From NCBI GenBank assembly GCA_051362555.1, contig CM120642.1, positions 16,368,001-16,432,000 of the forward strand: DNA of 64,000 nucleotides, in the 5' to 3' direction. Positions 1-12,319 of the stretch are shown here, piece after piece. The stretch comes from Lingula anatina (Eukaryota > Animalia > Brachiopoda). The stretch's first letter is position 1; every line of letters begins with the position of its first letter. Made by a program: the position numbers and the translations under genes. The notes beneath the pieces are model-generated. The model was not told where the DNA came from and did no database searches. It was given only the letters and a program-made list of their open reading frames with translations.

Positions 1-41
1 TACAAAAAAGATACTTTAGCATTTCAATATGGAAATCCTAC

Positions 42-3000
42 CTCCTCCTCCTCTTCATCCTCCTCACCATCTCCAACATTATACCCTCTACTCCTCCCAT
101 GCTCCTCTGGACTAGTCGACCTTGACCTTGAACTCTGACTCACAGGGGTCATCTGACCATCCTTAAGTACCCATGACCTCTTTTCACTGAATTCTTTTTA
201 AAAAATAAAAAATAAATGAAGATGTCAAGAAAAACTAATTTATTTATATCCAAATAAAACATTTCACTTAATATAAATGGCTGAATACTGTATATATAAA
301 AAAAACCTTCACAATATGATCGACTGCAAATTTGAGAAGCTCTATAAATTTCACACCATTCTACGTAGATGTTTTAAGGTGCGTTGCTGCAGTGTTTATA
401 TTTCTATTTTTACATTATTCTGCAACATGTTTATGTATATTTCTTTTATGACAATTATTATGTAAAACTTTATCCTATGGGTTGCAATTTTCTATATATT
501 ATCATGAAAAAAAAAATACTTAACATCAGACATTTTTTGGGGTTCTGAAGGTCCTGAGGATCTGCCCTACAAGAAATCTACAGGTCCTCCTAATTCTGTG
601 CAGGTCCATTAGTCAATGTTTACGTATGATTCCTATTTTATGTATTGTATTTACATATAAACCTTGCCAATCCAGAGGTCCTGCACTATCAAAAATCTTG
701 CTGGTGTACCATGAAAATCTGACTCCCCTAAAAGGCGACTCTACAGTCAGATTTTCATCATGAAACTTTGACTCCTAACACTAACCATAACCTGCAAATT
801 AACAAAAAGTGCCAATGTATCCTCCATTATGCATACTAGTCATATACTCAAATAAAATAAGATTTATGAAGTTTTGTAGGGGGAGTCAAGATTTTCATGG
901 GAGTTAGATTTTCATGTTACACCGGCTCTCCAGGCAGTTTCTCCAGGTCTGTAACATGGGGTAAGTACTGTAACATATATTACCTGCAGTCATCAGAGGT
1001 GTATTGGCTCTGGATGAGGAAGCACTGTGGGTAGCTGTCGAGTAAGAATAGCTACTCTGATTCTCAAGAAGATCCAGGTACTCTGACCTGAAGAACAATA
1101 GAACACAACTTCATTACATAGAAATGTGGTATGAGACATAGTCCTGTGATCCGACGCATCAAAAATAGCAAATCAAAATCCAAGTTTCTTGTGTGTGTTG
1201 TAACACTTACAAAGAGATGTCTGTGCTGTGCATGCGTCATAACAATAGTGAAGATTTTTACAACTTATTGTAATGCACATGTATGATTTTTATGCTGTTG
1301 ACCACGTGGGTGCAAAAAAACGTAGGGGGGCTTCCCAAATGCGTATCGATCTTCAAGGAGGCCAGTAACAGTGAAGATGGATTGATACTTGATATTTACC
1401 TTGCATTTCTTTTTTCAATACCTAATAATATTGTTAAATCATTTTTTTGCAAATGGTGTGTTTACCCCCCCCCCCCCCATCTCCTCTCTCTCTCAAAATT
1501 ACGAAGTTCAAAAGTCATAAATATGATATCCCAAGACAAGCCCAATCACAAACCTTGCTATTTCATCTCTTGTGATAACAAGTTGTACTGTGCTGGTAGC
1601 CGAGGCACTTCTGAGTACAGAGACAGCCCTGGGAACATACAAACACCCATTTCACTGATACATGATCTTTTGAGTTATTTTTATAATTGATTCGTTTACT
1701 TTAATTAAAAATTTATCATATTTACAAGCCTGAATAAAATCTTTACAGCATGTTTTTTGTATATATTTGAAAATAAGTTATATGGATTGTAAAAACTAAA
1801 AAAAAAATAGAAATTTGTCATCTTTCTTTCTTTTTCTTTTATTTTTTTGACTATTTCTTTTTAATGTAAAGATCAACTAAGATGTCATAACATAACCAAG
1901 AATTTAATCTGAAGCAACAGATTGAATCATGGCTAAATATTAATTGAGACTGATTATAAACTGCTATGATAAATTTCTATTTGTTTCTATTTTCTATACA
2001 TCATACAAATTTGAAATTGATGACATAATCTTTGTTGCTACAGTGCACTTATACAAAGTATATTTTGGTTTGGTGGTGCTTGCTTTCATTTTCATGTGAA
2101 CATTTGAATTTTGCTAAACTTTTTATTTTGATAATCATAATTGATTTTGGCATATTTCTTATGAATGTTTTCATTTCAAATTTTACAATGTACCCAGTAC
2201 AAGGACTCTTAGGAGTTACCTTTCATTTGTAGTTCGTCTCCCAAATGACTGCCCATTGACTTCTAAAATCTCATCACCTTCACAAAGGCGGCCTGTGAAA
2301 GACATGGTACAGGGTCATTGGTGATTCCTAATAAATTATTTTTCAAACCACGCATGTGCATCTTAATATCATAAATAATCCGACACTCAGATAATCAATG
2401 ATTAAATGGCAACTTTGATCAGGAATGCTGACTAAATCGTAATTCTGACAATGTGACACAAGGTCCTGCTTCCAATGTACTCCCATAATTTACATGTATA
2501 ATGACAAGCTGTTCTTTATTTACTTAGTGCCAAGAGGAGGCGTGTCATTTAGTTCAGCTGTTTGCAGTCAGCGAGAGTCCCTGCAGAGCTGGTATGATCC
2601 ACGTACAACAATGGTGACAGTGGGAATGGGACCTAACTGTTAACTTATATTTATTTCAAAACCCTTTAAAGAAGTTTGAAAAGCTGCAGGTGTTCTGAAA
2701 ACAGTTTTCTTAAAATTACCATCTCTGGCTGCCAATCCACCAATCAAGATCCTTCTAACAAATATACCATGGCCCCTATTTTCCTCAGAGTTGCATCCCC
2801 CTATTATTTTAATACCTGAAACAAGAAGAAGTGTAGCACTGAAATGAATTTTCAAATAGGCCTTCATCTTTAATTGCTGACATATGACCAAAAATTATTT
2901 AAATTCAATTTGGAGCCCATGCTTCAACATTCTATCATATTGTATGGATTAAAATGTCCTTTTAGTTAAACCTGCAGTCTGCCAGTTTAACCAATGTTGT

Positions 3001-3955
3001 AAGACAGTAGAAATCACCTGAGATAGCCAAAAATCTGGCAAATGAGCTTAGAATCTAGTGGGGTCATAAATAGTGGTAGATTAGTGAGTGGGTGCAAAAA
3101 AAAAAGCTGACAAAGTTTAGCCAGTGATATTTTTCTGTTATTTTTTTTCTTAAGTTCTTTAAAATTACAGTTTATATTCCACAACAGTACAAATCTATTA
3201 TCTTTTGCATAACAGTTTTATATTGGTCAACAAAGACACTGGTCACCAGCCAACTATCCTGGACTGTGCTATACTTTATTACCCACCTAAACCTTTGGCA
3301 CAGTCAGTATAGGTGATGATTTGGGGCTGTCTTGCAGGAGAGCCCCTAGAGGAAGACCTGCTAAGCCTGAAACCAGAGATCATTTGCTAAGTCAATGGAT
3401 GTAGCAGTACATAGCTTTTTATTAGTGATATTTATAAAAGTCATACAAACAAGTTTATTTCAAGAAATTGGAACTGCCATATTTTAATCATTTCCTGCCA
3501 AACCAAATTTTCTTTGCACAATATGTAATTTTCTATCATGTATACTGAAGAATCATTACTGGACTCGCCCCTGCACCTGCATAGATTGCTTTAGTGATGC
3601 TTTATGCCACTTCTCATTATATGCTTTACAGTAATTACAAATGACTGGCCAGTCATTTGGTCTATCATATGTCTTCCATTTCAGAAGAAAATATTGGCAG
3701 GTTTACAGTAAGTGAAGACAAAGAAAATCACTTTCAAATGAAGATCTATATAAGTATGCTTTTAAAGACAAGGAAACTTTTCTTTAGATCTTTTAAGATA
3801 TGCTTACTTGTAATCTTTGCGTTTTATTAAATCTTTCAATTTTTATCTTGCTCTTTACATTTATATACTGAAGTATATGTACATGTAGTAGTAGGTGAAT
3901 TTCTCATACAATACCTTTCATGATTAGACTCTGTAAGCACGAGTGTTGATGCCAT
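42..3955 (-). CDS. PDZ-domain protein, STXBP4/Synip-like, N-terminal part (gene continues beyond the left edge)
   Basis: Phase-compatible GT-AG exons 3915-3955, 3287-3366, 2720-2815, 2220-2292, 1554-1628, 984-1087 and 42-193 give MASTLVLTESNHER...IITYTDCAKGLGIKIIGGCNSEENRGHGIFVRRILIGGLAARDGRLCEGDEILEVNGQSFGRRTTNERAVSVLRSASATSTVQLVITRD..., a complete PDZ domain (GLGI loop, GRL.EGD.ILEVNG). The STXBP4 assignment rests on recalled resemblance only. Confidence 0.85.
701..925. mobile_element. MITE with C(C/T)GGTG-type terminal inverted repeats
   Basis: Left end ctggtgtaccatgaaaatct and right end agattttcatgttacaccgg are imperfect inverted repeats. Internal catgaaa/tttcatg sub-repeats and a ctaacactaaccataac tract are present. 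Confidence 0.7.
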
Positions 3956-4544
3956 TATTGGAATCTAACAGTCATGCTTCCACCTGAAACTGAGAGAATC
4001 ATGTTTGACAAAGTAGTTTACAATAAAATGGCAAAGAGCAGCCACTGACTATAGCTAGTGACATGAGATAACAAGTGCACGTAGGCAAAAGGTTGATCAT
4101 ATGTTTCCAAAGGCATTACCCCCCCCCCCCCCCCCCAATACTCCAGAGAGCAATTTCTACACAGTACTGTATTCTAAGATTCCTACATGTTGTCTCGTTT
4201 AGTTCTAACACTAAAATAAACAATACTTTGAAAGCAGCAACAAAGCCCTAAAAATGACTATGAGTTGTCACTACAAATAAAATAATTCTCGCACTGGTAG
4301 TGTACATGCAAAATAACTTAGCCTAGACAGTGAGATGCACCATGAAATATACGAGAAGGGACAGAGAATTCATCATAATTGCAATTACAGAAGCCATTCG
4401 AAGGCTCTGGTGATACTTTCCCCAGTTCTCCTTTATCACGTGTTGTGAACCTCTTTTTAAATTTTTGTTTAGAACGCTACATTTTTGTGCTGATTGGGTT
4501 AAATTTACAATGAGCTTACCTTTATTCAAACTGTAATCAGCCAT

Positions 4545-4920
4545 GCCCTCTGGTGTTTTGTTTACAGCGTGACGTCAGGGAAATTTACCCATAATCCCAC
4601 TAGGAATCCGCCATTAAGGAATTTTAACTCGGGGAATTAGTATCAAGAATATTTTCTCTTAAATCTACCTTGGAACTACATTCACGTGGATTCTTTTTGC
4701 CTAGGAAGATAGATTGGATTCTTAAGTGTATATTTTTATCAGACACATTGCCCGAAGATGGAGCACGATCGTTGAAAATGACGACTCTCCCCTGCGTTTT
4801 GTGAACAACTGGGCTGAGCCAAAGGCGACTTGTCACCGATGATAGTGACTTTGTTAAACGATCATTCATAAAAGGGAATTCATTCAACAGCATTCGGTTA
4901 GATAAGTAATCAAGACTGAT
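4545..4920. promoter_or_regulatory. Bidirectional promoter/5'UTR region between the PDZ gene and UBL3
   Basis: Divergent first exons <400 bp apart with relative CpG enrichment. Motifs: perfect CRE TGACGTCA 4570-4577, ZNF143/SBS-like tacccataatccc 4586-4598, actacattc 4676-4684, YY1-like ccgccatt 4608-4615. Confidence 0.7.
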
Positions 4921-6684
4921 ATGAAGGGCGAAAAAATGTCTGTTCCATCAGATAAGGTGAGTGGGACGTATATTGATTGGCAATGTTAGAGATTTCCTTT
5001 TTCATCCACTGACAGTGACACTGTCTGACACTTGCTTTATTTCATTTCAGGAATCATCCAATGAGTGTGATACATTTTGATAATTTGCTTAAGAAAGAAA
5101 TTGCATTTATAACTTTAATATCGCCTTTGATACATGTAGCTGATTGTCTGTTGCATTGATTGAACTCCAGGTCACTGGTGTTCTGCATTTTTCACATCTA
5201 AACACTAGTAGTACATTGTTCATTTCATAATCCATATGAACAATCTTAGATTTATCAACACATGATAAAAATGACACATTGCCTGAAGTAATTGTCTTCA
5301 TCATCATCATCATCATAATCATTATTGAATTTGTTACTTGGTTTGTTCATCTAAACAGTCAAGCTAACTCATAATAAATGCTTATCTCTTTCTGGCCTGT
5401 CATTTATAACTAAATCATTAAATTAAAATTTGAATAAAACATCGAATCAAAGTGCATTGGAATTTTAAGCAATGATTTCTTATTGGGAGAAATGAATGAA
5501 ACTGCATTTTGAAATCTAAAATAGATATGACATTATTTTCTCTTATTCTAAAAAAAAAAAAAAAAAAAAAAATTGACACTAGCCCTTGGATAAAATATTT
5601 ATTGCCACTTAAACAATTTTATGCTAAAATTAAGATTATGAACTGCATGACACATGTAGTTTTAAATTTAATTGCACTCATCAATAAACAGTACACATTA
5701 AGTTGGATTTTAGTTTAGTTGTAAATAGTTTTTTTAGACAAATATTCTTGTGATGTATTGAATATTTTTATTTTCCCTATTACATATGAATGCTTGGCTT
5801 GATGATATTGTAAAAATGTTTTTGTTGATTTCTTCTGCCTTGCCAAATGTTTTGATAAATAAAATCTGTATCAAATTGTATTTGTTGTTAAATCACTGAT
5901 AGACTATCAAACAAAAATGTTTTTATTGTTTGTAATATCCATCTTGAAATATTTTAATATATTAATTAAAATGAATACACCAAGTATAATTTAAGGTTTA
6001 ATAACATTTGGATAAAAACAGGTTTTAGAAATTTTGTTGGCTTTGTGTGGATAGGGTTAGACAGTGTCCTCTTTTAAACTTGTTTTCAATCTGATTCCTA
6101 GACAAGTCTGTTGAAATAATCTCTATGATGGAAACTAATCTACCTCCTGTGTCCAGCCTCAGTGTGTGAACTATTGATTTATAAAGACAAACATTCAGTT
6201 CTTCATGCTGTTCAACATGCTAGGCTCGGTTATCTAAATGTTGAATCTTGGTTCTTGCTTTCTGTAGATTCATAATATGTGGTGATGTGGATTTGCTTAA
6301 GTAATCAGGTACTGTCTCCCCCTCCCCATACACACACACGCACACACACACACACACACACGCATACACAAGGACGCGCAGGCATATGTGAATAGAGCAG
6401 CTCAGATACAGGATGTAACTAAAGGATATGAAGGGTGATGTTTTGTGGTAATAAGTCATTTAATATAAGCAGTTAGTATTTTTTAAGCAGACTTTGTGGA
6501 ATTTTTTTACTCACTTTGTGTCTTTCTGTACAGAAGAGCCCTGGCTTTATTATTACTAGTAATGTATTAAAAAAAAACATTGTCTGTTTTGAAATTATCA
6601 GAAGGTTATTTAACACATTCCCTAAGAAAGCGACTCGGTATCTTACAACCATGATTCAGCATTTTTCATTATTTTCACCAGTTA

Positions 6685-6730
<46 letters not shown>

Positions 6731-9007
6731 TTTTTAACAAGGGAATATTAAAAATAGGTATTAAATTGAGACCTCTCTTTTTCTATCGATTACTTGTCAC
6801 ATGCAAGACATACAGAAGAATCCAATTATGTCTTGGCTTTCTTTAGTTTATATGGCTGCTTTGTGTGCACTGACAGTGCCTCCCCTGTTCTTTTGTTATC
6901 ACGTAGTCACTGAAACATTTAAAATGCTTAGCAAAAGTGTGAATTTTCCTAGAATCAAATGTAATATTGACGAAAACATGAAATTAGTTTGAGGAAAGGG
7001 TTTCCTTGACTCTGAGAAGAGAAGAGTGGAGCAAAGCACATCAATGAAGATTTGTCAAAATAACACTTATTTTTAAATGCACACATTAAATGTTGCAATT
7101 AATATCATAAAAGAAAGACAAACTTGTCATTAAGAGCCTGTGTTCAAAATCAAGATCAGGGTCTGGATTAATAAGAACCTATGGCAGATATATCTCAATG
7201 TGTAAATTGTTATGAGAAAATTATATCTATGACGTGAAGACGTGTTTGACTAAGGTTTAAAAAAAAGGTTCAGAAAATAGAAACCAGCATCAGTTGGAAA
7301 CTAAACAGGTTGTTGATCAGTCATAAGAAAGCCAGTAGTCTGATAAAAAAAGTGTTTATCTCATTTTACCAACGCAGAAGTGGTCTTGTTTTGACTACAA
7401 CAAAATATAAATAGGTATTATGCAATCATGCTAGCTGATAACAACCGAAAGGATGATAATGTTTGAGTGTTGACAGTTTGAAATACATCAGGGAACAGTA
7501 AATGGAGCATTTAATGTTCTAGCTACTAAGAGATGAAGCTGTTTACTTGTTGTATTGCTTTTGGTACATTTGCACATGTTCTAACACAAGTTTAACTCAT
7601 GTGGGATTTTTTTGTACTTTAATCTGATATTGAATTGATTGGCATTAGACTATTTAAACCTTAATTCGTATCACCCTTCCTGTCATTTTAAAACCATTTT
7701 ATGGAGTGATCCAAATTGGTAGAGAGTCTTTTTTTTTTGAGGGTGTTGGATAAGTTAAAGACTGTCTGATATCATCTAAGTGATATCTGTATCTTTTTTC
7801 CTTGGCACAAAGTAGATGGTGTGGCCAGGAAATCCGACAGCACAGTGCATTGTTTTATGAACCTGTGCTCAAAGAGGTTAGGTAAGTTTTTAAAGCCTGA
7901 AGATGAGAACAAGGAAATGTTTCATCAACCTGAGACTGGTTTACAGATGAAATAGTGGTTAACCTGTGCCATTTCAACTGTCAGGTCTGCTCTTTTTGAA
8001 CCCGTGTCCCCATGTATTAAACTTGGCTTAAAACAATAAACTGAATGTCGTTGGAATGCTCTATATGGTCCTTTAATTTGGTGATGTCATTTGGGCAATA
8101 TCTAGTCAAAATTAAATGAGTTGTGAATACCACCAGTATCATTCTGACTGCCAGCTCTCCGAATTCTTCAGCTGTGAACGTGACCAGTGTCATTCTGACT
8201 GCCAGCTCTCCCATTTCTTCAGCTGAGAACATGACCAGTGTCATTCTGACTGCCAGCTCTCCCATTACTTCAGCTGAGAACATGACCAGTGTCATTCTGA
8301 CTGCCAGCTCTCCCATTTCTTCAGCTGAGAACATGACCAGTGTCAGTCTGGCTGTCAGCTCTCCTATTTCTACAGCCTTACAGTCTTTAACCTGTTCATT
8401 GATTCATGTGCTCCAATTTAGAGCCATAAATTTAAACCCAAATACATGATATACTCAATCTGAATAATTGAAAGGAAATGAAAAGATATTTTGAAATATG
8501 TTATTGCATTTTTTCATTGCTTTAACTTTTCTTGATTTTATAATATTGTGATAGTGTATAGATAGTGTTTTGTTGATCAGTATTTATGAAATGTTCAGCT
8601 GGAAAACGTCATCCAATTAATGTAGAGAGAACTAGGCAGATAGATTGAATATATTGATCACCTTGTATGACCTCTGCTTTGTTTGCGGAGGTTTACATCC
8701 TGTCTCAGTTCATTCAAGTTGAAAAATTATCTCATCACTTGATGTTTCACAGTTTGTGCCAGGAAATTGTTATGACGGAATGAGAAAATAACTTAGTGAG
8801 ATCTGTAAAAAGTGAAGAATAAAAATGAAAATTAGATGACAGTTTCATCTGATCCATACTTTTTAAAATTTAAAATGAAATATGACTATAAGAGAAATAT
8901 CAGAGTTAAAAAAAAAAGTATAAAAAGGATGCAAGATTTCTGAGTATCTCTGTGTTCGTTTTATCTTGGTAGTTGTTGATTATTCTGCTGTGGATTGTTG
9001 GTAGTAC

Positions 9008-9048
<41 letters not shown>

Positions 9049-12000
9049 GTCTCCAACGTACTTGTCTAATCACCAGTTTCCTTGTATTCTGCTCAATGCC
9101 AGGAATTGGTGTGTTAATCATTATCTGTTTGCATTCAGCGAGAGTCCTGCAGAGTTGGACAAATCTACATAGAATGATAGTTTCACTGGGAAAGAGCCCT
9201 TATGTACAAAGTCACTGGATGAAGTGAAGAACATTAAAGACCCTTTTTACAAGAATCTCTTTATCTAAATATCCTGTCACTGCATAAGCAGTGGTAAACT
9301 CTGGCTGCAGTTTTATACTGACATCATGCCTCCCTTAAAGACCCATTTAACCTTAGCATCTCTTTACATTATGGCCTGTTAATGAAGTTTCTGTGATGCA
9401 AATTGCCATTTGATAGACTCACTGGGAGTTATCGGATAGCCTGGCACTGATGTATTGCTGAAAGAAATATCTTTGTTAGTAGTTTTATAAGAAAGTGATA
9501 TACTACAGTTATTATTTGGTAGGGACTTGGGAGGGGTAATGTAAAGACAGTAAATCAGCAAGTGTGGGCCATGTGGTAACATTTCATCGACTCAAAAGCA
9601 AAACAAGTAAGATATGGAATAAGCCTGAATGAATTCATCAGCAGTCATGACTTTGATAATGCATACTAGTAGGGACCAAACAGAAATAATTTAAAGATTC
9701 TATTTTATAGTTAACAATATCAATATCTGTTGTACTTGGTACACCTTTCCTTTGTGAGAAAACTGTAATGGAGATCATGTGATTTATCACCAGGAGTTCA
9801 GACTGCTGGTTTCAGCCCATTTCCTACCTAGCTGTGGTGCTTCTCTGTATGTGTCTGTTGAATTTTATATTTAATCATGTAGTTATATTACATATATCAG
9901 ATATATATGTTTTAGCTTATGTTAGCTATGCATTTTTTTTTGTCTTGATTGGTTCAATAATCTTTATTAAAGATCTTAACTTCTTCTTAACTTCTTCCTC
10001 ATCTAGTGTAAAACATGTTTACTAACATGTTTTTGCTTTTCGATGTTTATTTAATCATTTGCATGGACAAGAAGTCTAGTAAAAGTATCACCATTATCAA
10101 TACAAAATAGTATTGTAATTTGGAGTCATTTATCACCTGTTGTCATTAGCATTAGACATTCCCTAGTGATATGCCTGCACTTATAAAGTGACTCATGTTT
10201 TCACACAACACAGGCAGAAAATTGTTTTGGTGTACAACATATTGATCAATTTTCTTCAAATTTTATTTTCCAGATCAGCCTCAAGCTAATCCTAGTGAGT
10301 GGTAAAACAAATGAGTTCCTGTTCACCCCCAACAGTTCAGCGGCAGAGATCACACAATATGTCTACGATAACTGGCCACAAGGTAAGATCCCCCCCCCTC
10401 TTAATTTTATTCTTTACATTTTATGAAATAAATTCTTTTTTTTTTCACTTAGTTATCTTCTTCTTTGAGCATTGTCATAAGAACCATAGATTTTGTGTCT
10501 TCCACAGTTAAAGAAATCAATAATGTTATCTGTTCTCAAAGAGAGACAGACTACTAGTACCTAGGATTTAATGAATGTACCTTTCTGAAGCTACATAAAG
10601 GTGATTAACTAGAATATAATAAGATGGGCATGTGTGTACATTGTGCAGCAGGAATTTATAAGTCTTGGGATCCATGGGGCCTCTCTGTGATACCATTCCC
10701 ATATTGTGTGTTTAAGGATACACAAACCATGTGTACATGGTATTCAGACAGAAAGCTTCTTCTGGTTTTGTCATTTCGGTACTTTTTAAAGCCTGTTGCA
10801 TGGTTTGATGAAATTGATGTTCTAGCTTTACACTGTGAACCATGTACTTTTACTATCTATTTTGAAGTCTGGGCCGCCTCACCTTTCTCTTAATTTATGT
10901 CATACTATACCCACCAGGCAGATTAGATTGTTCACTCGTAATTTGGTAAGCAAAAGGTCAATAGCATGTTCTTGCAGATCACTTCCATACAGCTTCATTA
11001 CCTATCACATGTTCTGTAATAAAGGAATGCCTATCATTTGTTGTTTGTTAATATTTTTCTCCTGCTTTTCCCCAGGTTGGGCAGATGAGCAGCTGCCCCC
11101 CACAAATATCCTGCGCCTCATATATCAAGGAAGATTTTTACATGGAAACGTGACATTGGGGGGTAAGTAGTTTATTGAAATTAAACATTTGGGGGTGACT
11201 AGTTCATGGAAACGTGACACAGTTAGGGGGTGGGTTAAGTAATCCACTGAAATATAACATTGAGTGAGTTGTCTTGGGGTTAAGTAGTTCCAGGAAGAAT
11301 CGCATTTGTGGGTAAGTAGTCCATAGAAACATATCAATGAGTAGTTCATGTAAACAGAGAATTTAGTGCAAGTTCTAGTAGATCAAGCACAACTAACTCA
11401 TTATGGGTTTAGTAGGTCATGGACACCTGTCACAATTTGCAAGACGGCCTTGGATGATGATGTAGCACTAGTACAGCATGGTGAACATTCAGTGCAGTAT
11501 ATATTAATATTTAGATCACTACAGAGAGAAAAACTATTATCCAATAGAATGTAACAACTTGAAATATAACTTTGTAATAGCTTCTTCTTCTCTCTCTCTC
11601 TCTCTCTCTCATTATTTCTTGTAATCTAATCTCGACACTCCTTCCATTGTTTCAGCACTTCAGTTGCCAGTGGGCAAGATGACTGTGATGCACTTGGTTG
11701 CTAGGGAGCATTTACCTGAGCCCAATAATCAAGGTAGGTACCTATGTAACAGTGGCAGATTTAGAGGAGGGGAAGGGGTTTCCTGCCCCCCCCCCCCCCC
11801 CCCCCCCTTTGGTTTCTGAAAAATATATTACACCAATATTCCCCTCTTGAAATTAGAATTTTGACTAGCTAAATCATTGTTCTAAACCATACCAAAGGGC
11901 ACTAAGTAATACGTGACGGGAGATTGGTATTTTAAATGTAGAATTTACAGTGGATGTCACATACACTTTTATTTCATGAAAGAGTGGAATACTCGGAGCT

Positions 12001-12078
12001 GAAGGTAACAGGTACTTGAGGCAAGTCCTGGCATTTTGTGTGTATGCTCAAAATAATAGATGCATGGAATGACTACCA

Positions 12079-12128
<50 letters not shown>

Positions 12129-12319
12129 CATCCCAAATATTTCCATAAGATATGGCCCAGATGATGAACCACTGAATGGACCAATTATTTGTGTGCATTT
12201 ACTTAGCTTTTTGGTGCCAGTTCAACTTACTAATACTGTTCCATTTGTTGTTTACAGGACAGATCAAGAAAGATAAAGGAGGGGAGAGTGCATGCAGTAA
12301 CTGTTGCACAATATTATGA
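4921..12319 (+). CDS. UBL3: Ubiquitin-like protein 3 (membrane-anchored ubiquitin-fold protein)
   Basis: Exons 4921-4956, 10274-10382, 11076-11162, 11656-11733 and 12258-12319 translate to MKGEKMSVPSDK-ISLKLILVSGKTNEFLF...YDNWPQGWADEQLPPTNILRLIYQGRFLHGNVTLGALQLPVGKMTVMHLVAREHLPEPNNQGQ...SNCCTIL*. This is the UBL3 signature sequence with a C-terminal CAAX. Alternative in-frame start at 4936. Confidence 0.97.
8125..8372. repeat. 51-bp minisatellite, ~4.7 copies, in UBL3 intron 1
   Basis: accagt(g/a)tcattctgactgccagctctc... recurs at 8132, 8183, 8234, 8285 and 8336. Confidence 0.95.

Noticed and set aside
2525-2640. Possible extra exon of the PDZ gene
   Set aside because: Stops in all three frames; it is a copy of the dispersed repeat, and the flanking exons already join in phase.
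8017-8449. Mucin-like 17-aa repeat ORFs on both strands
   Set aside because: A 51-bp intronic minisatellite. Non-ATG or internal starts, no convincing splice sites, and UBL3 exons 1-2 join perfectly without it.
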